Program-made: the position numbers and the translations under genes
In this document: piece after piece, positions 1-11,960 of the stretch
How the letters are laid out: every line of letters starts with the position of its first letter
How positions within the stretch are numbered: position 1 is the stretch's first letter
Assembly (NCBI RefSeq): GCF_006345805.1
Contig: NC_042997.1
Span: 21,328,001-21,392,000, forward strand
Length of the DNA stretch: 64,000 nucleotides
Direction of reading: 5' to 3'
Source of the DNA: Octopus sinensis
Lineage: Eukaryota
The notes under the pieces: model-generated
Database searches by the model: none
What the model was told of the DNA's origin: nothing
What the model saw: only the letters and a program-made list of their open reading frames with translations

Positions 1-1274
1 TGAGATGTAGAGAGCACACAAGCCATTGAACAATCGTTTAAAATCTGAGAAGTATTTGCTATTACAACATGATTCTAATAAGTTGTCACAGGGCTAAATA
101 AGAATATACTTAGATGAAGTGTTTAGAAGACAGATATTAGGATTGCATTATTTTTTTAAACACCATCGATTGTGTTAGTGATATTTTGGATTAGTTGGTG
201 ATTACTTGTTTGTAAAATCGAGAGTAATATTTTCTGTAATAAAAGCTGTTGTAGAAGTACATGGTCGTATTCAGCAGAAAGTGTATTCATGTCCGTTAAC
301 TATTCACAAATAAAAGATAATCTATTATTGTGATTCAGAAATGAATTAACAAATCATATTGTTATACAATTAAAAATCTGAAGTAAAGATAGAATTATTG
401 TTATATTATATATTTTGCGAAAACGTAATATTATATCTTTATTATGAAACGTAAACTAAACAGTGTTGCTTATGATTTTGTAATTCTTTAAATGTCAAAA
501 CTCTAAAAAATATGAACTGCTTATTTTTTCGATAACAAGCAAACAGTGCAATATAATATCTTCAATAAATATTTCTAAACTATGTTGTTATGTTTTAGAT
601 TAAGACAAGAATGGTAAAGCAGAAGCATGATCATTAAAAATCAAAACAAAATATGGCTGATCGTTATTGATGGAATTAGAGCAACGGAATTTTGAAGTAA
701 AATCAGAATGACAGACATGACAAACACGATAAATATAAGCAAGTGTCAGTGAGAAACAATATAATGTAATATTGCATCTTAGCTGTCAAAACATTCCTTA
801 ATTCTATGTGATCAAGATTAGTAATGTATGCTTCAAACCTATTATACATCTATATCACGAAACAGTCAGAGATATTCTCTAAGCCAAGCTTAGAAAGTAT
901 TCTAAAAAAAAAGAGTAACAACAAGCATTTAATATCTCTTCTTCACAAATACCAAAAGGACATATATAAAGATTTACAAGTGATATAATATGATTTTTAA
1001 ATTATTAAGTTAGAATTTAAATTCTCAACATTATTTATTTGTACTGCAATTATTGTTTTCTGTACATCGTACATAACGAAGTTAAGCTTTATTTTGTTTA
1101 CACATTACATAGTTATTTCTTTGCCATTCCTTTATTGAAATAGATATTTTACATTTATTTCGTTATTGTTAAATTTTAAAAGAATATCATTGCAGAGTAT
1201 CAAATGCCTTATTGACTATTACTTCGAATGAAAATAAATGTATTTTATTTTGCTTAATCATTAGAATAACTTAC

Positions 1275-1429
1275 ATCACATTCTGATAAAAAGTACTGCA
1301 ATTAATAACGCTTACAAGGCTGGAGAGAGACCTCATGTTGCTCATGCGTATTTTCCCAAGGATTTGCTTCCTTTGATAAAACCGATTGTTTATCCCAATG
1401 TACCAATCATATATATTTCTTGTATTTAT
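1275..1429 (-). other. Candidate internal exon (unidentified gene)
   Basis: Minus strand: pyrimidine-rich acceptor ttttcattttctatcaaacag, 155 nt open in one frame (INTRNIYDWYIGINNRFYQ...FYQNV), donor AT|gtaagt. No recognisable homology. Confidence 0.22.
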
Positions 1430-3634
1430 CTGTTTGATAGAAAATGAAAATTTCCTTTTGTAACGTTTGCACACACATTACCTTCACAAAAATGTTAAGT
1501 CCCAACCTCTTGTTCTGTATTAGATATCTTGTAAAATACATACATATTTGTCACTTTATAAGCATGATATGAATGCCAAATAGTCAGAATATGGTAGCTT
1601 GGGATTTGAATGAAAAATGTAAGGATACTGGAAGTGTTAAGTTTCGTGTTTCAGCTGTTCAGTTCATATTCGTAAGGTATTATTCGTCTCAGGTTCTATC
1701 CTGGGATTATAATGAGAACACTTTACCAACAACTACCAAATATACTTCTGACATTAAAAGACAATTAATCAACATTTACTTTAAAATTTCAAACGGTATT
1801 TAGATACAATTTGTTTTAGTATCCAACGTCAAATGTGTGTAAAGAATGGTAGGCAGGGTGGTGCAATATCCTGGCATATTCAAATATATATATCTTCTAC
1901 AACCTGAGAGTGACAGTGGAAATGTACCTTATAATTGTAAGCTTTTTTCACATTATGCTTAAACTAAACTCGAAAATATATGAACCCATTATGAAACCAT
2001 CCCATTAGATATCCACTCACCATGTCCACAGTCATTTAACCCAAATTATAAGTAATGTAATATAATTTTTTCTGAGAAGAAGCTAACTTCAACACAGTTT
2101 CAGAGCATTATCCCAAATTACAATTATGTAGCAAATGGCGAAGATCTTCATCACCTACCTTCTTTATCACTTTGAATAATTAATGAAGAAAAATATCTTT
2201 CAAGTGGCTTCCAGTTCTGGTTCATATACTTTATGTTCATAGAGGTTACTCCAACAGCAGGTGTCTTAATAGTTTCAGTTAACCATGCCATTAAATCGTG
2301 ACTAATTATCTGTTGTATGGCGATGAACACATTCAGTAAAGACATCCTCAGCAGGCCGATATTTTCCTCATTCGAATATATTAGAACTTAATGTATCAAT
2401 GTGTGTGTATATAATGGCATTGTTTAAAGATTTTCGGTATCTCAAGCAAATGAAATTTGTTATCGTGTTTATTAAGATGTGCCATCGCTGTGTACGTGTT
2501 CCGTTAGGTGCGTCGTGCGACAGCAATATCAAGAGCGGCATCTGCGAAATAAAATGAATTTTGTTCACAATAAAATTTATTCATTAGTAATAATATGCTT
2601 CTTACAATATGCAAGAAGCTAAAATTTTGTCGGTTTCTTCATCTTCACTCCAGCTCTTTAAATTTAATGTAGAAGTTCAAATGAAAGTAGATAAGGAGAT
2701 TGAAAGAATGGAAAATCCTTCATCAGTGGACTGCACTCAACGAGAATTCCTGCAGACACATTTCATTCATTAGATTCACAAAGATCGGTAAGAATAAATC
2801 CGTATATTGACTGCAATAGAAATTTAATTAATGAGAAGTTTGTGTATACCTCAACATCAATAATGTAGTTTCATGCAACTTATTTTCACGAGCAAGTGTT
2901 GGTTAGTACTAGCAGTCTTTGCCAAGTATGTAACCGCTGTAGATACTATAACAGTACTGAGAAATTTAAATGAAAGCTTAAAATTTCTACTTCTGCACCT
3001 CTGCGCTCCGTTTATACATCTCTATATTTTTGTGTGCGTGTGTGTGTTTTGTGTGAGCGAGTACGTATGTTTTCAAATGAACATTTTCACAAATCTGTAT
3101 TTATTGTGTGTGGAGGTAATCAGAATCCATGAAACGGAAGAGATTTTCACTCTTTCCAATAACGTATTACCAAAACAGTTTAGGGGAATTAGCGCAATAT
3201 TTAATGTTAACTAGACACGCATTTCTTCCTCATTGTTTTCTTTTTCAGTATTCATTTGTGCACTTGATGTTTTATCCCTTCATCCTTTTATTACCGTATT
3301 CCTGATGAAATACACTGCCTTCGTTTCAATTAATTTCGAAGGAAAATATTGAGAGTATTAAGCTGGTAAATGTTGATGGAAGATTTTGCTTAGATCACTA
3401 TACAAAAGGAAGGAATTTTGTATTATAGTACCAGAACCGGTCCCAGGCAGATTGGTATCAAAAGACTTAACGTATTTTCTGTACTGATAAATTTACAGGT
3501 CTGAGAATTACGATCACAAATCCCTTGTTTTAAATATTTTATTAATGAAACCGTATGTTTTTGTTTTCTGGTTCCAAAACATTAGTCTATTTGTATTATG
3601 TGGACCTTTTGTATCAGTTGATGTTCTTGTACAG

Positions 3635-3659
3635 GCAGATATGAACGAGCAGATATATG
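3635..3659 (+). other. Candidate micro-exon
   Basis: ttcttgtacag|GCAGATATGAACGAGCAGATATATG|gtaagt: good acceptor and consensus donor 25 nt apart (21 nt if the next CAG is used). Could be chance. Confidence 0.2.
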
Positions 3660-5460
3660 GTAAGTCAAATCCGACGGAGATTTAGCTGCTTTTTTCGAAT
3701 ATTGAATGACTCATTGAAAATCCTTTGTTCTCCAATTCTGTTCCTGTGCAATCCTGTACCTAATACATTAAACTTAGAGTATGTTTTAAGTAAGAGTACT
3801 TGAATGTTTAAAAATATTCCTTTGTTTCTTCTATAGTGTTTAAAATATGGAGACACCTCTAATTACTTCTGTTAAAGTGGCTCTATTTTCAATTTAAAAC
3901 CATAAGTACAAACATTTAAACTTACTTCAGTTTATGAAATATCACTAATACTGTTTCTATCATTCGTTTACTGCATTTCACTTTCAATGTATAGGTCAAA
4001 TAACTCGTTACAAGTTGTAGTTCTTTTCTCATAGTAGCAACAGCACTTTCACGATGTGATTTGTTTTTAGCCAACTCGTACTTCGTGGTTCAACTTTCAC
4101 TTAAGAAAAAGCGAATAACAGGTTTAAAGGAAGTACAGCATCCTACAGCGTTAGTAATCCATGTCCTATCAACATATAATCAACCAGAAAGCAAAGACAG
4201 AATTTGAACTAATATAAACCGGTCACCATTTCTTCATCAGTTATCGGCCAGAGGGTCAAACGCAATTTCAGCCATTATCGATAATATTACTTCCACTCTG
4301 GAGGCACCGACAAAAGAAATTGCCGGAAATGGGGCTAAGGCATAACAAAACGAGATGGGCTCGAGACGCGACCGTTTGTGGACGGACGAGGGACAAAATA
4401 ATAAACAGTACAAAGACCTAGAGCCACACGAAGATAATAATTAATAATGATGATACATATACAACAAACAAAAAGCCTTGGAACTGCATGACGAGACAAA
4501 ACTGGGTAAGGCGAAGCAGATATAAAAACTGTCCAAAGGACGATATACACGGGAGTGGTACAGTGAGGAGCTCAGAAAATCGTGTCCAGTGCGGTGGAAG
4601 GCAACGCGAAAAAGAATGACACCACCCTAGGTGGTCACACGTTACTTGATAGTGGGAGGGGAGTAACAGAGAAAGACAAAGAGACAAAGAGAAAGAGAGA
4701 GACAAAGAAAAAAAATAGGAGAAGCAAAGTAAATGAAAGAGACAGAGTTGCACAAAATATTCCAAGAATATGCGCATAATATATATATATATTATTTAAT
4801 TGAACGCCATTTAATTGAATCATTTAATTGAACGCCACACATCCATTTCCACGTAAATTTATCTTCATCTTATTGATGCGACTCTATACTGTTTTCTTCC
4901 TCCATCCTTCTCTAATTCTCTTCTCCTCCCTCTTTCATCGTTTTCTCTCAGTCACACTCTCTCCCTCTTTCTTTTGTCTCTCTCGTTGCTCACATATGGT
5001 CATCGTCCGTCTTTCTTTTCCTCACGTGACCATATGTTTTCCTGTACGGACGTTCAAAGGGCTGGACATCTTTTCTTTCGCTTCTTTTTCTTTCTCTTCT
5101 ATCTTTTCTCTTTTAAAAGAAAATTTTTCTCCCAGTGTTCACTATTTTCCTTTCGTTCTGGTCTAACAACCCTCCATGTTTGTTTTCGTTCGGTTTCCTT
5201 GTATGTCTCCACTGTCCTATTTTTTTCTCCCGACTTTGACCGTCCATAAATCCTAAATTTTTACTTTAAAAGTTATGGAAATAACTGTCTTTCAAGACTC
5301 ATTTTGTCGTTGAATGCTCGAAATGAGGAGTAGATAGACAGCCGACAACTGATGATGCGTCGTTTCTCTGTGTTTACCTGTCCTTTTTCCCTTTTTTCTC
5401 TCGTTTGCATATTTAACTCGTTTATTTTCGTATTATATATATATATATATATATATTCTT

Positions 5461-5764
5461 TGTCACCCTTTTCAAGCCTAGCCAGGCTCATGGGCCCGGT
5501 TTCCTGGTTTCTGTGGCGTATGTGTTCCCCCCAGCTGGACGGACGCCAGTCCATCGCAGCGTTACTCAAGAAACAGGTAGAGAGAGCAAGAGAAAAGTTG
5601 GGGCGAAAGAGTACAACAGGGGACACCACCACCCCCTGCCGGAGCTTCGTGAAGCTTTTAGGTGTTTTCGCTCAATAAACACACACAACGTCTGGTATGG
5701 GAATCGAAACCGCGATCCTCCGACCGCGAGTCCTCTGTCCTAACAACTGGGTCATTGCGTCTCC
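5461..5764 (-). mobile_element. tRNA-derived SINE with V-domain-like segment
   Basis: Minus strand tRNA-like head with B box (ggtttcgattccc), GATGGACTGGCGTCC segment and a 3' tail nearly identical to the copy at 50816-51058. Confidence 0.75.
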
Positions 5765-5899
5765 ACACACACACACATACACACATATATATATATACGT
5801 ATATATATATATGAACATGTGTTAGATTCCCAGCATTACAAATTAACGTAAGATCACTGTTTCCGTTTAACCGCTACACGTACAGACAGACACACATTA

Positions 5900-5993
5900 T
5901 ACATACATACATACATACATACATACATACATACATACATACATTAATACATACCGAGAGACAGAGAGAGAGAGAGACAGACAGAAGACAGAC

Positions 5994-6090
<97 letters not shown>

Positions 6091-6119
6091 CATAGATAGA
6101 TACATAGATAGATAGATAC

Positions 6120-6216
<97 letters not shown>

Positions 6217-6230
6217 AAGAAAGATAGATA
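5900..6230. repeat. Compound (CATA)n / (GA)n / (GATA)n microsatellite
   Basis: Direct reading; about 55 GATA units from 5993 to 6215. Confidence 0.97.
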
Positions 6231-6975
6231 TTTTAAATATATCTGTATGTCTGATTGTATGCATGCGTGCAAACTTGTGTATTTATGATAAGATTTATAG
6301 TATCACAAAGGATGTATTCTTGACAGACAACGACTGTGGAGGGAATTTTTAATTATATTATAATCATGTGGCTTTATGCTTTACCATAATTTTGTTTTAT
6401 ATTTTTGGAAACTATCAACAAAAATCTAACATACAGCATTTCATGTGTGTTTTGCCAAGTGTTCCTTTTAATAGTCAAATTATTTTTTTTTGTTTCTGCT
6501 TCATACAGCTGTTGTAAAATTGCGTGCAAAACATCTAAAATCATTCTTCAAGTTGAAATGTCAATCGTCCACCGTGAAAATTGCAAAGATCTTTAAGTCA
6601 GTTATCATGTTTTTTTTTTACACTGATTTGGAATAGAAATGCAAAAGGAATCTTATTTGTAAGGCACGTCGAATAGCGTATGTCTTAACCATGAGATTAT
6701 ACAATGAAATAAGATGTTTAAGCTGTCAGTGTTATACTGCTGAAGCGCTCATTTGTTGCAAGAAAACACGAACAGATGTAAATGAGAACGCAATTTTCTT
6801 TTATTCGTCTTCTGGATTTTCATTTCTTTATGAGTGCACGTTGCATCTAAACCATATTCTTTTGCGGAATCTATAAATTTATTTACAAAACTGATTGCTA
6901 TATAATGCATTCACTTTGCTTGCAGATTTATTTCAAATATGAGTTATTTGAAAATATATCCACAAAACAGATAGC

Positions 6976-7761
6976 TCTTCTTCTTCTTCTTCTTCATCAT
7001 CATGATCTTCTTCTTCTTCTTCTTCTTCTTCTTCTTCTTCTTCTTCTTTTTCTTTTCTTCTTCTTCTTCTTCTTCTTTTTCTTCTTCTTCTTCATCATCT
7101 TCATCCACATCTTCGTTTTCTTCTCTTTTTCTTCTCCTTCTTCTTCTTCTTCTTCTTCTTCTTCTTCTTCGTCTTCATCATCATCATGATCTTCTTCCAC
7201 TTCGTTATCTTCTCTTTTTCTTCTCCTTCTTCTTCTTCCTCATCCTCATCATCTTCTTCCACTTCTTCGTTTTCTTCTCTTTCTTCTTCTTCTTCTTCTT
7301 CTTCTTTGTCGTTGTCGTCTCCGTCTTCTCTTCGTCTTTCTCAACTTCTTTTCATTCTATTTCTTCTTCGTCTTCATCATCATCATGATCTTCTTCCACT
7401 TCGTTATCTTCTCTTTTTCTTCTCCTTCTTCTTCTTCCTCATCCTCATCATCTTCTTCCACTTCTTCGTTTTCTTCTCTTTTTCTTCTTCTTCTTCTTCT
7501 TCTTTGTCGTTGTCGTCTCCGTCTTCTCTTCGTCTTTCTCAACTTCTTTTCATTCTATTTCTTCTTCGTCTTCATCATCATCATGATCTTCTTCCACTTC
7601 GTTATCTTCTCTTTTTCTTCTCCTTCTTCTTCTTCCTCATCCTCATCATCTTCTTCCACTTCTTCGTTTTCTTCTCTTTCTTCTTCTTCTTCTTCTTCTT
7701 TGTCGTTGTCGTCTCCGTCTTCTCTTCGTCTTTCTCAACTTCTTTTCATTCTATTTCTTCG
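6976..7761. repeat. (TTC)n microsatellite followed by three ~198-bp higher-order copies
   Basis: TTC-rich tract 6976-7170; the unit gtcttcatcatcatcatgatc...cattctatttcttc restarts at 7171, 7370 and 7568. Confidence 0.93.
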
Positions 7762-8139
7762 GACTCTGCATCTCCCTTTATTCGTCAACGCAAACCTCTC
7801 CCCCTATTTCCCCATGAACAACAACGATACTCCGACTTCCTCACATTCATCACAACACCAATATTTAATATTTCTTTTGTTCTAAAATTGGTTAGTTTAA
7901 TGGCTTGTGGTTCGACTAACAATTGTTGTATCTATGGAATTCTTAGTTTCACTTTCACGACCAGCATTTTTTAACCTATTATCTGAGATATCCAGTTCCA
8001 GGTATCTAAAAAGAGTGATTACTCTGAACGACCTACACTAGTTAAATACCACATTTATTCGTATCCATGGGAGGCCAACAGGCGTATGTGACACCATTTC
8101 ATTTCCACTTCTATTTCCAGCCTTTGCTCAGCCGCTGAC

Positions 8140-8215
8140 CTCTTTCTCCCTCTCTTTCTCTCTCTCCCCCTCTCTCTCTCTTTCTCTCTCTCTTTCTTTC
8201 TCTCTATCTCTCCAT

Positions 8216-8278
<63 letters not shown>
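8140..8278. repeat. (CT)n microsatellite
   Basis: Direct reading. Confidence 0.95.
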
Positions 8279-8280
<2 letters not shown>

Positions 8281-8329
8281 TACTGCCTAATCAAGCAAAC
8301 AACTGTACATCATCTATATCTTAAATCGT

Positions 8330-8950
8330 CTGGTACAACACGTCAACCAACTTGTCGGGACAATAAAAGTTTTATGCAGACTACACTTGCAATATTGTGT
8401 ATATGTAACCCATCTAAATCTCCAAGTGGGCAATAAAAACCATCCTCCTAAATATTCTCTTCTCAATCCACAGTTGACCAAAGTCGTTAACCACTTAATA
8501 TATATATGTATAAATAAGAGTAATGAAAAGTGCCAACATCTGAAGGCAATCATCTAAACCACCGTCAAAGATTACAATGTGCGTTCAAAATTGAGACGCC
8601 AGCAAAACTATCTTCAAAAACGCAAAAGATAAGTTCAATGCATCATACAGCTTTCTAGTTGTAAATTGTTGCAAGACAATTTGCTCCTTACGTTACCTAA
8701 CAAATTTTCAGGAATCTGCTGCTGGCCACATCTCAATGAAGATGCTACTGTTAGTAGTATTCTCGGAGAAGCAAAGTCTTCATATAGTATCTACATTCAG
8801 CCTACAGAAATCTATCTCAGTTTATGCCAACAATGTACTCTCCAAATCCATCTATCAGATTGTGTACTTCAAGGCCAATCTGTGTACACTATATTACACA
8901 CTCCTATGCAAATATTATCACCCTTAGCCTATCTTAATTTTTAGAACACA
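8330..8950 (+). pseudogene. Highly decayed non-LTR reverse transcriptase fragment
   Basis: KFYADYTC resembles the YADD motif, followed by LLNPQLTKVV (cf. LLNPxKTKVV); many stops and frameshifts. Confidence 0.3.
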
Positions 8951-9201
8951 AGTATCATTTGTGTGTAACCTAACGCCCCACAACATACCTTATCATCCCA
9001 ATACACTAATGAGATTTGGTTTCTTTTACCAACATAAAAACATAATTGATATACACACAAAAGGTAGCTTCAACTACATTACTTATTAATATTATATAGC
9101 TAAAATAAGTTTTCTCAACACAAACTCTTAGACCTCAGAATTTCTGTTTCAAAAATCTCAAAAAATATGTTAGAAATTAGCTTTATCACTCGTTCATGAT
9201 A

Positions 9202-9240
<39 letters not shown>

Positions 9241-9824
9241 AACGCTTGGTTCGTATTTGTACAGTTGGGGGCTAGTAAAACAATTCTACCTGACCATTTT
9301 AGGGTTGCTGAACGTGTGTATATTAGAAGAAAACTATAGGTTTGTTCTGCTACTTGATAATATATATTTTGTATCCAATAGAAATACTTCCACGAGGTTT
9401 CCTTCTAAAAGTACACATTGTTTTAACACTTACCTAGGACGGTGGTCACGTATAATTCTTCTTTTCCTTTACTTTGCGTCAACCTCCTCGTGTAAGTATA
9501 ATCACTAGTACTGCTATTACATCTGGAAAAACAATTGTGTCCACTCTGGCTCTCTCAATGTTTATACTTCGAAAACTTTTCAGATTCTTTTAAAAATATA
9601 TTTACGTCTGAGAGACATTACACATCACATTTGTGAAAAATTGCTTTATTTGGTTTTCTTATATGTGGTCGATGGTGTGTGCATAGCTGTAAACCATATT
9701 AGCGTCATACCATCGTTTTCCTATAATTTCCTGATGTCTGTGGTCATTCAATTTCTGGATTATTCTAATTTTGTATTATTTGAGTAGTTTTTACTGGAGG
9801 TGTCTTGCTGTCATGGGGACTCCA

Positions 9825-9904
9825 TATATATATATATACATATATATGTGTGTGTGTGTGGTGTGTGTGTGTGGTGTGTGTGTGTATATGTATGTATGTA
9901 TGTA

Positions 9905-9971
<67 letters not shown>
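9825..9971. repeat. Compound (TG)n/(TATG)n/(TA)n microsatellite
   Basis: Direct reading; explains the overlapping low-complexity ORFs. Confidence 0.95.
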
Positions 9972-9974
<3 letters not shown>

Positions 9975-10447
9975 AACAGTCTTGACTGGAATCAGACTTT
10001 TAGTGTGTGTGTGTGTGTAGAAAATTTACTTCTATTTCTGTTTTTAAAGCAGAACATTCTTCTGCGAGCTCTGTTGTGTATTTATCAATTGTTAGATTTC
10101 AATATATTGGCTGCCGGTTGTTGCAGTTATCTTTATATTTGAAAGATTTTTGTCATGTCCTAGGAGGTACCTTACCATTTTTATGTACCATTATCCTCTG
10201 GTGTATTTGTATGTATGCGTGTATGTGCCTATGTATATATCTGAGGGCGAGAATTTTTTGCTTCATTAACTATTCTCTACGAGACATGTCTTCTAGTATT
10301 TATCTTACAATTTAGTGTGTGTGTATGTGTGTGTGTGACACATGAAATAAGCTAAGACCACAATTCATGATTCGGATTTCGTCCGGGCATTAACTTATTT
10401 CTTCTCAATCAGTGTAGCATTAATGCAATATACCTATTTCTTTATTA

Positions 10448-10662
10448 CCCACAAGGGGCTAAACACAGAGGGGACAAACAAGGACAGACATAGGTATTAA
10501 GTCGATTACATCGACCCCAGTGCGTAACTGGTACTTAATTTATCGACCCCGAAAGGATGAAAGGCAAAGTCGACCTCGACGGAATTTGAACTCACAACGT
10601 AACGGCAGATGAAATACCGTTAGGCATTTGGACCGGCATGTTAACGTTTCTGCCAGGTCACC
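10448..10662 (-). mobile_element. tRNA-derived SINE with Nin-like central domain
   Basis: Minus strand B box gagttcaaattcc then gcctttcatcctttcggggtcgataaattaagtacc; related copies at 29370, 47878 and 61133. Confidence 0.8.
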
Positions 10663-11816
10663 GTCATTAATGCAATATACCGGTGATCGATGAACCATCT
10701 GCTACGAGGCAGATATCGAAGTGGATAATACCGGGACGTGTTTAAGTACTGACATCAGTCTCGTTCAGAAATGGACTAACAAGCAGCTACACTTGACTGG
10801 TCGGGCAGGAGTGATTTATGTAACTTGTTATCTGAAAAACCTGATGTGTCTGTTCGTACACTTCTTGATGGAGTAAGGCGCACCACAGTCAAAGGGTGTA
10901 TACGCTGTCAGCACACCCTGCATACATAGCTCGATATGTATGCCCGATTATATAAGGACGAGAGCTGAAGGCATAACATTTGCAAATATTCCTAGACTGC
11001 GATAAAGAGTCGTCTCTGTAATTTATATCCTTTTTAAATGAATTAAGCAAAATGTAAGAATATGCATCTCACATCTGGAATGTAGTTAAGCGTTCTCGAT
11101 TCGCTTCCAGTATGGCAACGTTTTCGGTTGTAAGTTAGAAAGTTTACTGTGGAAACTCTATTCATCAAGGAAGGTCAATTGAACATCCTAATCTGAGTGT
11201 TACAAACGTAGTTATTGCCCGTTCAGGATGAACTCTACATATATGGTAACAGGAAGAGCTGGGCCTGTTCGTAACGTACACAAAACAAAGAAACCGGTTT
11301 TCACGCATTCATTAATTGTTTGGGTCTTACTGACATGTGGAGTTAAGTCGAACAACGAATGTCATGTGTAGAAAAGTTGGGCCTATCAACCACTTTTATC
11401 CTGAGTACGTTTCCTACTGTCTGTTGGCTACGGTAAAATAAATTATGTGATAGACAGCATTCAAAGGGCTGGCGACTGACATTTTCTTCTTGCTCATACC
11501 AACATCACTTGGAGGGAAATGAAGTTGGAAAAGAAATAAATTTATTAAAAGCTGGGTAAGAGTGGTGAGGGTATCATACAAATCTCAGTATAATTTCTGT
11601 AGCTGTTATTTCATAACCAATCTGAATAAGCCATCATCGTTTTTGCCATTTGTCCTTGTTTTTATATCTCTTTCATTCTACTCCATAATGATTATTATTT
11701 TGCTGAGTCGTTATAGCGTCAGATAAAATACTTTACAGTAGTTGCTCCGGATCACTAAGTTGTAGGTTTAAATTCTACTCGAATTTAACTATACTATTGA
11801 ATTTTTTTATAGTTTA

Positions 11817-11960
11817 AGGTGACGGTAGTCAGAATCATTAGAGTGTCGCACAAAATGCCTTACGGTATTTTATCCAACTCTTTGAGTTCAAATCTTGCCT
11901 AGGCAAATTTTTCTTTCATCCTATTGGGGTCGATAAAATAAAATACCAATCAAGTATTAG
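11817..11960 (+). mobile_element. Decayed Nin-like SINE
   Basis: gagttcaaatctt...ctttcatcctattggggtcgataaaataaaatacc matches the family at 10448. Confidence 0.55.

Noticed and set aside
3300-3350. ctgatga motif (also tcatcag at about 2721 and 4235)
   Set aside because: No correctly spaced stem II plus GAAA.
5874-6272. ORFs such as YLSIYLSI, YIYIYI and CMYVCMYV (also near 9800, 22660, 26700, 36272, 44320, 62114, 63100)
   Set aside because: Translations of microsatellites.
7000-7974. Acidic/basic or Ser/Phe-rich protein ORFs
   Set aside because: Fully explained by the TTC repeat; no splice or homology support.
10690-11480. LTR or endonuclease relic
   Set aside because: Only vague TATA and FINCLGLTDMW resemblance; no paired LTR or intact motif.
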